Part shown: piece after piece, positions 36,972 to 49,518 of the stretch | Numbering within the stretch: the stretch's first letter is position 1 | Layout of the letters: every line of letters begins with the position of its first letter | Assembly: GCF_006345805.1 (NCBI RefSeq) | Contig: NC_043010.1 | Span: forward strand, 13,206,001 to 13,270,000 | From: Octopus sinensis | Taxonomy: Eukaryota | DNA: 64,000 bases | Direction of reading: 5' to 3' | Position numbers and translations under genes: made by a program | The notes under the pieces: generated by a model | What the model saw: only the letters and a program-made list of their open reading frames with translations | The model's database searches: none | What the model was told of the DNA's origin: nothing

Positions 36972-37816
36972 TGTTTCTTTATTGGCCACACAGGGCTGAA
37001 CACAGAGGGGACAAAATACAAAGTAGAGCTTTTCTTTTTGGGAAGAGAAGGAAAAGAAAAAATAAGGAAACGGTGGTAGAAATTCGATCAAAAGGGATCA
37101 TTAAAAAAAAAGCCGATCAATAGGGATCATGTATCACAGAAATGTCATAGTGTAAAAAGGGGAAACAGATTAGGTTTACCCGTGGAAAGAAAAGCCCATG
37201 GAAACGACCGTGGTAACCTTGGGCAATAATGTCATGCAAAAAAACACATTACAGTAATTGACTCTCTTGTTTCCTTTCCTTTATTTTTTTTTGATTCATA
37301 GGATTATGCTCAAGGTGGCTTCGTCAACCACATGTGCCATTCTTGCTACATTCATCCATCATTTTTTGAAACATTCACTAGACAAAACTTCCCTCTTTAC
37401 TCTCACCTTCCTCTTCAAGCGATACTTGAAGAAGTCGATGAGAGATTCACCAGAGAGGTAAGTGTTTGTCTCTAATCCTTTCAGATGCATCCACCATACA
37501 CATTCTTTCGCCATAGCCACAAGCACGATGAAAATGGCTCTTCCTTCCCATTTCAAGGAAGGAAGCATGACAATATTCATGATAGACTCAGTTGATAAAC
37601 TGACTCGTCCCACACGAGATAGAAGTCATTTGACATAGGCCCACAGGTTGGAAATGGTTGGACACTATATGAGTGCATGCAGAATAGTTTTGTCACTCTG
37701 ACTGCATTTAGGGTAGGTCAGCCCTGCGTTTCTCGAGCCATGCCTGTAGAGCTTATTCCGAACGGGTATTGCTTCTCGATAGCATTGCCAGGCCAGGGAT
37801 CTCTGGAAGTTGTCCA
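36972..37816 (-). pseudogene. 5'-truncated L1/Tx1-clade LINE: ORF2 C-terminus (CCHC zinc knuckle, in-frame stops) plus 3' UTR ending AATAAAGAAA
   Basis: Minus frame ...LTYPKCSQSDKTILHALI*CPTISNLWAYVK*LLSRVGRVSLS...[31 protein letters not shown]...; degenerate CxxC...HxxxxC knuckle typical of L1-group ORF2. Confidence 0.75.
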
Positions 37817-37821
37817 TAGAC

Positions 37822-37872
<51 letters not shown>

Positions 37873-38354
37873 GATAGATAGATAGACAGACAATTGATGA
37901 AGGCAAAATTTTTGTTCTGTCTGTTGAATATTTTATCACTTGTGTCCATTCTTTACATTAAGAATTGACAACACAAACAGCCAAATTTACCCACGTTGTG
38001 ATTTACATGCACGTGTGCGTGCACACACACACACACATAAATATATAAATATATATATATATAAGTCTCTGTTCTCCTTTATTATAAATTCCCTATATAT
38101 ACAAAATACAAACACACACACATACATACATACATGCATACATACGTACATACGTACATACATACATACATATACATGCATACACCATATAAGTGAGAGC
38201 ATTTATGTGTGTGTGTGTATGTGTGTGTGTTTTGTTTGTGTGTGCGAGAGTGTGTGCGCACGCATGCATGCCTGCATATGTGTATGTGGTTTACAGACAA
38301 TATAAGAACATTAGATATAAGCATTGAGATACTGAACAAGATACATTAGTATAA

Positions 38355-38555
38355 TACCAAGTTCAGTTGACCATGCTTTGTGTGTCAAATATTTTTAAAC
38401 TTAGTCAAAATATACCAAGTTCAAACTTAGTCAAAATATACTAAGTTCAAATTTAGTCAAAATATACCAACCTTAGTCAAACTTAGTCAAAATATATCAA
38501 GTTCAGTTGACCATGCTTTGTGTGTCAAATATTTTAAAACTTAGTCAAAACTAAG
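38355..38555. repeat. Minisatellite, about 26-bp unit CCAAGTTCAAACTTAGTCAAAATATA
   Basis: About 5-6 units, with CAAGTTCAGTTGACCATGCTTTGTGTGTCAAATATTTT present twice. Confidence 0.85.
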
Positions 38556-39063
38556 ATCAAAAATAGAAAGGGAACTATACTTTGAAGTGTATTATAATTA
38601 ATTTGTTATTTACCTCTGTTAGAAATATAAAGTGTCATATAAAATCACAAGGAAGAAATTATCTATTGGCACTAAAGATTGGAAACGTTAGGTTTCTAGA
38701 AAAATCTTTTATCTTAAATTGTAATTGTTTTAGCACTGAACTAGGAAGGAATCTTTTCACTACAGTTGGAAGACAGATTTTTTATGTTTTCATTGTATTT
38801 CCCTAATGGACAAATAGGGTCTTTATCATAAATGCTTTTATTAACAGATTTTAAGAACAACAAATGTAAACATGTTTATTGGTGTGGGTTTGGGACTCAT
38901 GGACAACCTTTGACTTTTCCCAATCAAAGGCTTTTTAATCCAATATTTACTCATTAATTTATAGCTTTATTTCTTTCAAGATTCACCGTTCCAAAAAACA
39001 ATTGCAAATTTGTTTCTCATTATAGCTTTAGATATGTAACTTCTAAGTTCTAATATACAAATA

Positions 39064-39280
39064 TCTCTCTTTACTCTTTTACTTGTTTCAGTCATTTGAC
39101 TGCAGCCATGCTGGAGCACCACCTTTAGTCAAACACATCGACCCCAGAATTTATTCTTTGTAAGCCTAGTACTTATTCTATCAGTCTCTTTTGCCGAAGC
39201 GCTAAGTTACGAGGACGTAAACACATCAGCATTGGTTGACAAGTGATGATGGGGGGACAAACACAGACACATAAACATAT

Positions 39281-39333
<53 letters not shown>

Positions 39334-39516
39334 CACATATATACACATATATACAACAGGCTTCTTTCGGTTTCCGTCTACCAAATCAATTCACAAGGCT
39401 TTGGTCAGCCCAAGGCTATAGTAGAAGACACTTGCCCAAGGTGCCACGCAGTGGGACTGAACCCAGAACCATGTGGTTGGTAAGCAAGCTACTTACCACA
39501 CAGCCACTCCTACGCC
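39064..39516 (-). mobile_element. SINE family A, full length
   Basis: CTCTTTTACTTGTTTCAGTC...CACAGCCACTCCTACGCCTA. Confidence 0.9.
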
Positions 39517-39879
39517 TATCTAAATATTTTTTTATCATTAAATGTATAAACTTTTAAAGAAAAAGATATTATTATAAATCAAAGTATAAACCAAGATCTA
39601 TAAATCAAACAGGAAAAAAAAAACCAATTTCTTATTGAAATTATCTTACTGTAGTTTACATTCTTTTAGATTTTCAAGGCCTCTACTTTAGCTAAATATA
39701 TTCCATTAACTCCCAGCAGGTTTTCCTTTAATTGTATTTAAGCCTTGCTATTGAAAAATAAAAACAGTAGTAAGAGATTGTGTTGAAAAAAAAAACCTGT
39801 CCAACCAATGCACGCAGGCATGGAAAGCAAACATAAAATGAGTATACATACATATACACATTTATTTATACACACATAC

Positions 39880-39937
<58 letters not shown>

Positions 39938-39950
39938 ATATATATATATA

Positions 39951-40101
39951 TTTCTCTCCTTGTTTTTTCTGTGTCCCTTTCTGTAGAAGAACATAGGGTC
40001 GAAATGTAAAAGGCTTTTTCTATTCCTCTCCGTTATACTAATACATCTGTTTGTTTTGTACACCACCTGTCTTCGTCTTTTGTTTTTTTCGTAAGCTTTC
40101 C
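39951..40101 (+). mobile_element. Family H2 repeat
   Basis: CTTTCTGTAGAAGAACATAGGGTCGAAATGTAAAAG. Confidence 0.75.
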
Positions 40102-40266
40102 ATATATATATATATATATATATTATATATTATATATTATATACTATATATATATATATACATATATCACCTAATCAACCAGACTAGCAGATGTTGTTTT
40201 ACCTTGCTGGTCACAATGTGCCACTCAGCGTGGTAATCAACACTAGACCATATATATATATGTGTG

Positions 40267-40301
<35 letters not shown>

Positions 40302-40484
40302 ATATGTATATGTAAAATATACAAACTGACCCTTTAAGAGAATCAACCAACTGGAACGGTTGATGACCATTCCATACAGGGAAGTCAACCAAGCAGAATA
40401 CCAAACTTGACCACCAGAAAAAATAAGCTGTCATTGGAATTATAACGAATATAAAATTAAATCTGTCTGCAGAAAACATATATA

Positions 40485-40516
<32 letters not shown>

Positions 40517-40682
40517 CACTGATTCCAAAAATCTCCATTAAAAGCGAAAAACCCTGAATACAACAGAAAAAAGAATCACATGCAAGATGACAGAAACTGT
40601 AGAAAAAGCCCTTTGTCTACTCCCTTCTTTTCTTATTTCTCTCTCTTGTCCACATATTCTATAATAACTCAGTATGACCGAA

Positions 40683-41061
40683 CTTTATTTAAAGCAGCAG
40701 AAAATTCAACAAAACCTGTTACTCTGAGTTTCACGTTCCCGTTCGTTGGACAGTTTTTGCTAGAATAGAACCGATATGTCAATTCTATCCAGACTAGTAT
40801 AAACGTTACACCTTTAAAAATGGACTAAATTTGAAACCAATCAAACAAGTCCATTTTTAAAGGTGTAGCGTTTATACTAGTCTGGATAGAATTGACATAT
40901 CGGTTCTATCCTAGCAAAAACTGTCCGACGAACGGGAACGTGAAACTCAGAGTAACAGGTTTTGTTGAATTTTCTGCTGCTTTAAATAAAGCATATTACT
41001 CTACCACTGGTATTTGAGTACTCTTTTTTTCCACCTTGTTTCACATTTATGTGTTTACTCC

Positions 41062-41063
<2 letters not shown>
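40683..41063 (+). mobile_element. Family H3 element: 144-bp near-perfect inverted repeat (40683-40826 / 40848-40991) plus unique 3' extension
   Basis: The arms differ at 3 positions by my reading; 21-nt spacer. Confidence 0.9.
40921..40958 (+). ncRNA. Putative minimal type I hammerhead ribozyme (U4C core variant)
   Basis: ctgt CCGACGA ACG ggaa CGT GAAA CTC a GAG TA acag; predicted GUA cleavage after 40954. Confidence 0.65.
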
Positions 41064-41095
<32 letters not shown>

Positions 41096-41284
41096 TATGA
41101 TATTATATATACATATACATACATACATATATATATATATGCCTACAGACTATGGCAGTGTTATTTCTAAATGGTCTGTTGCAACTAGTAACATTTGTTT
41201 TTGCTAAATTTACTCCAAAGCTCTTTGATTCCAGTCCTTGCTTCCATACCTAAAACTTCTCTAATTCTACAAAGTGTAAATATG

Positions 41285-41535
41285 TTGAGGGAAAGATTGG
41301 GATGTGGAGTGCAAGAGAGAAGTCTGCACTGGTATGGTCATGTGATGTATATATGGATGAAGACAGTTGCATAAAGAAGTACCAATCTCTAAATGTGGAG
41401 AGAATCTGTGGAAGAGGAAGACTCAGGAGGATGTGGGACAGTATGGTGAAAAATGATCTTCAGATGTTGAGCTTCACAGAGATGACAAAGAACTGAGAAA
41501 ATTGGCAATCTTCTGTGCTTGTAAAGACCTTTCTT
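41285..41535 (+). pseudogene. RTE-clade LINE ORF C-terminal remnant
   Basis: Reads (with a frameshift) ERSLHWYGHVM..MDEDSCIKKYQSLNVERICGRGRLRRMWDSMVKNDLQMLSFTEM, the RxRWxGHVxR...RGRPRxxW...DL motif of RTE ORF ends. Confidence 0.75.
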
Positions 41536-41764
41536 GTTAAGTAAAATCGAGGTTGTAAAGACTCACATATACACATAAGTATACATATATATCTATATAC
41601 AATAGGCTTGTTGCAATTTCCATCTATCAAAGTCACTTACAAGACTTTGGTCAGCCCAAGGTGAGAGTAGGAGTGTAATGCAGGGGGACTGAACCAGAAA
41701 CCGTATGGTTGGGAAGCCAACATCTTAACCACACAGCCATACTTGCACCTCTCTTATTATTAAT

Positions 41765-42340
41765 ATCATCATCATTATTATTATTATTGAGTCAGAGAGC
41801 AGCACAAGTCATCAAAGTGACACTAGGGTAAAAACATACGAAGCCCAATACACCCACCATGACTACCCGTCTCATAAGGGTACATCAGGCACATGCATCA
41901 CAACCATATGTGCATAACATGATGACCTCAAGATAAACAGCACATAACTTTGCAGGTGGGACCCAGTTACAATTTTCTTCAGGTTCAGTAACCCATCCTG
42001 CTCAAGAGGTCTCTGAATAAAGTTTAAGGATGATAAATGAAACGCCCATGTTTCTAGAGGTGAATTATTCAAACCCCGAAGAATTCCTCTCAACACATGA
42101 CTATGATGCCCCCCCCCCCACTACTCCTGCTCAGGATCAGAGATGTACATATCATCAGCAAATAAGGGACATGCTCAACTGGTTAAGGTCATGCAAGTGG
42201 TAAGCAAATCTGCAGTATTGAGCAGATCATTTGCTGTGGTCCATTTTTTATGCCAATACAAAACTATGTACAGGATAATACTTCCAGTCAGTTAAGATCA
42301 GAAACCATGAGAGCCACTGTCTAGCATCGCATCATCAAAG
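41765..42340 (-). mobile_element. Unclassified interspersed repeat with (AAT)n tail, probably a LINE 3' region
   Basis: Complex sequence bounded by (TTA)n at about 41770; no intact ORF; class not determinable here. Confidence 0.4.
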
Positions 42341-42969
42341 CATGAGTTTTAACAGTATTTCTTTTTTGAGATTTATTTTTATTTCAGTAGTTTTTACCAC
42401 TTCTTTTGGGGCAATATTTTGATCAGAAGGGTTTTTAACTCTTTAGTGTTCGTATTATTCTGCCAAATTTAATGCTTTTTTTATCCACATTGTTTTGAAC
42501 TAATCATACTTTATGTTGTAGCTTTGAGATTTTGATGAGGTAGCTGTTAATTTTTAAAACGATATAGTAGGGTTGGTGTGAGAGACCAGATCTAGCCAGT
42601 TTGAACATAAAACAGGCAGAATACTTTTGGCCGGATATGGCTGGTTTAAATGCTAAAGGGTTAATGTCTGTTAGTGGTCATGCGGCTTTTGCTAATCCTT
42701 AATTACCATGTCAGAAGAGTTTACCTTGATCTCTTTGTCACTTTGGACAAACAAAACCCAGAAGATTTTAGCCTGGGGGCCAGGGTGGCCAGGTCATTGT
42801 CATGTGCTCTGTCTGGTACATATGTATACCACTTTTTGGCTGTTTTCACATCAAAGTGTTGGCATATTGCCCAGTGGATGTAGCTGCCAACTCAGTCATA
42901 TCGGAGTATACATTCAGATTTGGCAAGGACTGAGCAGTCAAAAACGATGTGGTCAACTATCTCACTCTG

Positions 42970-43010
42970 CTTATTATCATCATCATCATCATCAGTAGTA
43001 GTAGTAGTAT

Positions 43011-43069
<59 letters not shown>

Positions 43070-43095
43070 TAAGCAGCAGCAGCATTTCTTCTAGT
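42970..43095. repeat. (CAT)n/(AGT)n trinucleotide microsatellite
   Basis: Direct reading. Confidence 0.95.
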
Positions 43096-43961
43096 TCTTT
43101 ATATTCTAAGTTCAAATGCAACCAAGGCCAAGTTTGCCTTTCATACTTTTGAGTTTGATGAAATAAGTACCAGCTGAGCAAATAGAGTTGATGTAAAACC
43201 AACTTCCCCACCCACCCCTCAAAACTGTTGGGTCATGTATATCCTAATTTTAGGATAGATACAGCAATTACTTAGGTGATATAAAATAGTTTGAGGCAAG
43301 AAAGGCATGCATCTCTAAAACACTGCCCTCAAAAAGGAATTATGACTAGTATGTCATCAGATTAGCAAACCTAATCTTCACTTTAGCAAGAAAACAGTTT
43401 TAAAGCATTTGATGATGATGATGATGATGAGTGACATGTTTATAAGAAAGCATTAGTTTCATTTTTTAATTTTGGTTCAAATTTCCTTTCGTCCTTTTTA
43501 TACTCTGTTAATCTAATGTCTTAAACTCTATACAGATTTAAACTAACTATAGAGAAAATAGCTATATTTTACAGATTGAATGTTTTAGTGAAGAAACTCT
43601 GCTTTCACTCATTCAGAAGCTCATCAGACTAAGTTAGGAAAAGCAAAACTTTCTTTAAACACTAAAACTGAAAAATATAAGTATATGTATGCATGTATGT
43701 ATGTATGTATGTATGTATGTATGTATGTTGTATGTATGTATGTATGTATGTATGTATGTATGTATAATGCTTCCAATCTATTTACAAAATATTCTGTATT
43801 CAATAGCAGGCCTCTTTTATAATTGTAGACTAACAAGATTACTGGATTAGAACACTTTATATATATATGTGTGTGTGGTGTGTGTGTGTGTGTATTATAT
43901 GTATATATGTATATATATGTATGCATGTATGTATGTATGTATGTATAAATATATGCATACA

Positions 43962-43996
<35 letters not shown>

Positions 43997-44608
43997 GCAC
44001 GTGTGTATTTTCATATATGCATACATATACTAAATACTGGATCATTATTGAGGATTCTTTTGGGGCATCTTTTAGTACACTGCAATTTCATGTTTCATCT
44101 TATTTATCTTTTAAAAATCTATCTAAAATGCACAGATACACTTCCTTTCAATATTTCTGCCTCATCCTACTTCTGACAATACATGAAGTTGTCTTGTAAG
44201 AACACCAGGAAACCGATGGTACTCCGCACCATCAAAAATAATTAAATGAAGTTTGAGAAGAACTTCAAACTCACAAACGTCTCCAAATATATTTTAGTAC
44301 TCAATACAAAATAGATATTGAGTAAAGGTATAAAAAAATTAAATGCACAAATAACGCTTAATTAAGTCTATTAATAATTAAAAATTAAAATGACAATGTG
44401 GAGATCAACATTATGGAATATACTGATATCTTACATAAATACAAAGTAACAAATTTTTAGGGAAGGGGTCAGTTAGTTATATCATGTTTGTATTTAACCG
44501 GTTCTTGTTTAATCAAACACCTATAAGGATAAAAGGCCAAAGTTAGCAGTTGCTTAAACTGAACTTACAATGTGAAAACATGAACAAAATGCCAGAAAGC
44601 ATTTTACA

Positions 44609-44898
44609 GTTCTATATTTAAGAGATGAGGAACTATGTACATTATTTACATTATTTACATTATTTACATTTGACGGATATTTGTCCTCATCTTTTTTTTT
44701 GTTAACACGTTTCGGCTGATATACCCTCCAGCCTTCATCAGGTGTCTTGGGGAAATTTCGAACCTAGGTTCTCATTCCTAAGGTTTTTTTTCAATATTGT
44801 TGTTGTTGTTATTATTATTATTATTGTTGTTGTTGTTGTTGTTGTTATTGTTGTTATTATCATCATCATCATCATCATCATCATTATTATTATTATTA
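44609..44898 (-). mobile_element. Family H1 element lacking the tRNA head, with expanded triplet linker
   Basis: Minus strand aagacac CTGATGA a GGCTG gagggtatat CAGCC GAAAC gtgtt: canonical core but 3 nt missing at the cleavage site relative to the 24.8-kb copy. Confidence 0.85.
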
Positions 44899-44929
44899 TG
44901 TGGTTACAAAGTGAGCTTCTTAACCACAC

Positions 44930-45440
44930 AGCCTTGTCTGCAAGAAATATTCGCAAATTCGATGACTGGCACCAGTTCCAGTGGAGCGCTAAGAGCACCA
45001 TCCAAGAGTGATCACTGCCAGAGCAGCTGACTGGCTTCCATACCAGTGGCACGCAAAAAGCACCATTCAAACATGATTGTTATCAGCATTGCCTTACTGG
45101 CCCTTGGATATATATATATATGGTGGCAAATGAAAAACATTCGAGCGAGGTCATTGCCAGTGCTGCTGGACTGGCTCCTGTGCAGGTGGCACATAAAAAA
45201 ACCCACTTGAGCATGGCCGTTGCCAGTACCACCTGACTGGCCCTCATGCTGGTGGCACATAAAAGCACCCACTACACTCCCAAAGTGGTTGGTGTTATGA
45301 AGGGCATCCAGCTGTAGAAACTCTGCCAAATCAGATTGGAGCCTGGTGCAGCCATCTGGTTCGCCAGTCCTCAGTCAAACCATCCAACCCATGCTAGCAT
45401 GGAAAGTGGACGTTAAACAATGATGTTGATGATGATGATG
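44930..45440 (+). mobile_element. SINE family C, long copy with internal tandem units
   Basis: Repeated GTGGCAC(A/G)TAAAA(A)GCACC units, then GAAGGGCATCCAGCTGTAG...GCTAGCATGGAAAGTGGACGTTAAAC(GAT)n. Confidence 0.8.
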
Positions 45441-45885
45441 AGGAGGAGGAGGAGGAGGAAGAGGAGGGAAGGGGATAGGAGGAGGAGGAGGAATTTTGGT
45501 TCAAGGCCAGCAATTTGTTGGCGAAAAGTTAATTGATTTAATCATCCTCAGTATTTCACTGGTACTTAATTTTCTTGACCCCAGAGGGATAAAAGACAAA
45601 GTTGGTCTCAAAAGGATTTGAATTGAGACATTATAAAAAGCTGGAACAAATTCGATAAGGTATTTCATCCAATGCTTTAATGATTGCATTAATCTGCCAC
45701 TCTTAACATCGTGGAAAAATAGCAGCAATAACAAAACTTTCATTGTTTGAAACACCCTTTCTATTTGCCAGTCTCAGAATGGTATCCAAACATTCCAGCT
45801 TGAGAAAAATAAAGTTTTAAGTCAATAAAGGAAAGTAATGTTTCCCATTTCTGTTTGAGGTCCAAGCAAAGCAAGCAATATACAT

Positions 45886-46070
45886 AGGGAGAGTTTATGA
45901 AAAAAGCAAAAGATGAAGACAGGTGGTGTACAAAACAAACAGATGTATTAGTATAACACTCAGGAATAGAAAAAGTCTTTCACGTTTTGAGCCTACACTC
46001 TTCTACAGAAAGGGACACACAAAAAACAAGGAGAGAAAAAAATGTGTGTAGTGGCTAACGATCTATCATT
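45886..46070 (-). mobile_element. Family H2 repeat
   Basis: Reverse complement of the 21790-21988 copy. Confidence 0.8.
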
Positions 46071-46299
46071 GCATCTGACCATCATGGCGTCTGACCAAAC
46101 AATATATACATCAACTTAAGTAACTGAGGCTTAAACCAGTGCTGAGTAAGAATGTAAATGATTTTGGGGAGATTACTGGAAAGAATCTATCAAGAAGGAA
46201 CCAAATTTATGATACTTGAAATAAAAAAACAAAGAATTTATAAAGATATCAGTATATGCAAATTATACCAGTAATTAAGCCATTATTACATGCTGTGTT

Positions 46300-46770
46300 A
46301 AGGTGGTGAGCTTGCAGAGTATTTAGCATGCTGGACAAAATGGTTAACGGTATTTCACCCATCAAGGTGGCAAGTTGGCAGAAACGTTAGCACGCTGAGC
46401 AAAATGCGTAGCGGTATTCCGTCAGCCGCTACGTTCTGAGTTCAAATTCCGCCGAGATCGACTTTGCCTTTCATCCTTTTGGGGTCGATTAAATAAGTAC
46501 CAGTTATGCACTGGTGTCGATATAATCGACTTAATCCGTTTGTCTGTCCTTGTTTGTCCTCTCTGCGTTTAGCCCCTTGTGGGTAGTAAAGAAATAGGTA
46601 TTTCACCCGTCACTACATTCTGAGTTCAAATTCCATTGAGGTACACTTTGCCTTTCATCCTTTCGGGGGTCGATAAATCATGTACCAATGAAACACTGGG
46701 GTTGATGTAATCAACTAGTCCCTTCCCCAAAAATTTCAGGCCTTGCGCCTTTAGTAGAAAGGATTATTGC
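46300..46770 (+). mobile_element. Nested SINE family B copies
   Basis: A full B copy (about 46365-46600) sits between two halves of older B copies; TATTTCACCC occurs on both sides of it. Confidence 0.75.
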
Positions 46771-47076
46771 ATGCCATGTTGATCTGAGCTTCACTGTAAC
46801 TCAATGATGTTTTTATTCTCCTAATCTAATTAAATGTAAGTAAACACTTTTTATTGATGGTGCTCTATTGTCTGGGCATAAAGTTCCCCCAACATAGACC
46901 CAGTGTATATTTTACCAACCCTATCACAATAAGGAATTGACAGCATTGATTATATATAATCAACTGGCAGACATATATATTTATATATATAAATATTATA
47001 ATATATATATATGTATATGTATATATTACAAGTAATATTATCCTGTTCATTAATTTGTCAGTATTAGTAGAAAAGA

Positions 47077-47146
<70 letters not shown>

Positions 47147-47169
47147 ATGCACATGCACTTGTGTGTGTG

Positions 47170-47502
47170 TGTTCAGTCCCACTGCATGGCACCTTCTATT
47201 ATAGCCTTGGGCCAAAGCCTTGTGAGTGGATTTGGTAGACAGAAACTGAAAGAAGACCGTTGTATATATATATATATATATATATAATGTATGCGTGTTT
47301 GTGTGTCTGTCCCCTCAACATCGCTTGACAACCGATGCTGGTGTGTTTATGTTCCCATAACTTAGCAGTTTGACAAAAGAGACCGATAGAATAAGTACTA
47401 GGCTTACAAAGAATAAGTCCTGGGGTCGATTTGTTCAACTAAAGGCGGTGCTCCAGCATGGCTGCAGTCAAATGACTGAAACAAGTAAAAGAGTAAAAGA
47501 TA
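47170..47502 (+). mobile_element. SINE family A
   Basis: GTTCAGTCCCACTGCATGGCACC...GACTGAAACAAGTAAAAGAGTAAAAGA. Confidence 0.85.
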
Positions 47503-47631
47503 GAGTATAGCTTCGAATCTCTACTGTGTTATGGATATCCAAAATCTTCCTGCGTGGATCTCATCTTATAATATCATTGCATTGTATAAATCTCTTTTGA
47601 ATGGTGCATTTACATTGCATGAGTTTCATCT
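47408..47631 (+). repeat. Local direct duplication (copy 1 of 2; partner 49295-49518)
   Basis: SINE A tail plus flank GAGTATAGCTTCGAATCTCTACTGTGTTATGGATATCCAAAATCTTCC...GAGTTTCATCT. Confidence 0.9.
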
Positions 47632-48599
47632 CTGTGATATCAATGCATTATATGGATCTTGTCTGTGTAATATAATTTGCATTTCTTGGATCTCATTGGT
47701 GTGGTATTATCACAGTGGGTGAAGAAACCTATTTTATGAGTTACTTCATTCACTACTATCTAAAATATGACACTCTGGGAAACAAAGTTGTCTTACTTCA
47801 CATATAAATTTATATCAGGTGGAAAAATTTGAAAAATCCATTGAATTTAATGAGACTAAGAGAAAGCTACTCAACGGTGGATATTCTGTCATTAATTAAT
47901 GTTACTGAGGCAGCTACTGAAGCAAATGTGATTATATAGATCATTATCTCTGCAACTTATTGTCTGGAAGATTTCTGATCTCTGATATATTACAGCATGC
48001 TGCCTAGAACTTAGTGTCATATGTTCTAGATTATCTAGAACAAGTGTAATCAGCATTTCACTGAAGTTTAACTTGTTAGGAACTTTCTAGAATTTTATAG
48101 AATTTTCATTTATCATGTCTTGCAAACAACTTGCACATGCAAGTGCTACCAGTTAAAAGCTCCGTATATCGGAAGCTAGCAAGTGTATGGGGTCATCAGG
48201 AGAGAATGCGCGCCGTTTCGGGGCCTACCTCTCGACAGCATCAATGCGCACCGGCCCCCCTCACTGATATGAGGCCCCGCTCGCTAGATCAGCTGGTTAT
48301 GAAGAACTCAATATAAAATATGTGATTAGTTTATTTCAAGCAAAATATTGCTGCATTATTGTAGAAGCAGAAGCTGTGCCCAATTTGGTGTGAAGGCTGA
48401 ATGTATAACAGGACTGAAAAAACATGCTATTGTGTTACCCAAAAGAACTGGGACATTTTCTGGTAACATCACTGCTACCAAGCACCACTGCAAGGAGAGC
48501 TGTTGTTGAAAGGTACCAAAAATCACTGTGATTTCTGGTGGACGGCTGATGAAGGGAATTTTCCTTAGTGTAAGATGTATGTAAAATAAAGATGTAAAT

Positions 48600-49290
48600 G
48601 ACGTAGATAATATTAGTGTACATAGAACAGAAATGGAATCTGACAGTTTAGTCTTTCTCATAATGGTGACTTATGAGATGTTGGTGGTACTTCCACTAGT
48701 GAACAGCCACTTTTTAGCATGTAACTGTACTGGAACCACCAATCGTCTTCATTCATTTTCATAGTCAATTAGCAGTATACTGACAGGAGAAGTAAACAAT
48801 GTAAGTTTCCTGTCTCCCTCAATGTTATTAGCAATAAAATGAAATGGTTTGGGACAAAAATTTCAATTGCATTTCAAAGTCATTTCATCAGGGGTTTGCC
48901 TCAACTCTATAAGGGTTTATTTCTAATGGTTTGATCAGAGATAGGAAATATTTATCAGGGCTTCCATGAGAGGGTGTTTCAGCTTCATAGAAAATAATGC
49001 CTTTATTTTTCCATGAGCACTAAGGATTCTACATATACCCAGAAAACAAGTTTTGTTGACTTTGAAATATTTGATTACCAGATGATTTGAAGCATGTTAG
49101 GCACTCCCTTACATGTCAGAAACTTAAAAACGCAGGACCCAAAGTGTCTGAAATCACTGACTTCTGTGAATTGATGTTGGAACAAATTATCAGATGGCTT
49201 TCATCCTCATTGATGGTCTTGTACACTCAATCTTGTTTGCATTGAGAACCGGACCAACATTGGCCAAAGTGCCTCTCAGTTGCAGCTACT
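48600..49290 (-). pseudogene. Highly degraded RTE-like reverse-transcriptase fragments
   Basis: Minus frames give EVSDFRHFGSCV...IW*SNISKSTKLVFWVYVESLVL (post-YADD region) and weaker NNIEGDRKLTLFTS / PFLFYVH motifs. Confidence 0.45.
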
Positions 49291-49294
49291 TGAA

Positions 49295-49518
49295 AAAGAA
49301 TAAGTCTTGGGGTCGATTTGCTTGACTAAAGGCAGTGCTCCAGCATGGCTGCAGTCAAATGGTTGAAACAAGTAAAAGAGTAAAAGAGAGAGTATAGCTT
49401 CGAATCTCTACTGTGTTATGGATATCCAAAATCTTCCTGCATGGATCTCATCTTATAATATCATTGCATTGTATAAATCTCATCTGGATGGTGCATTTGC
49501 ATTGCATGAGTTTCATCT
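49295..49518 (+). repeat. Local direct duplication (copy 2)
   Basis: High identity to 47408-47631. Confidence 0.9.
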
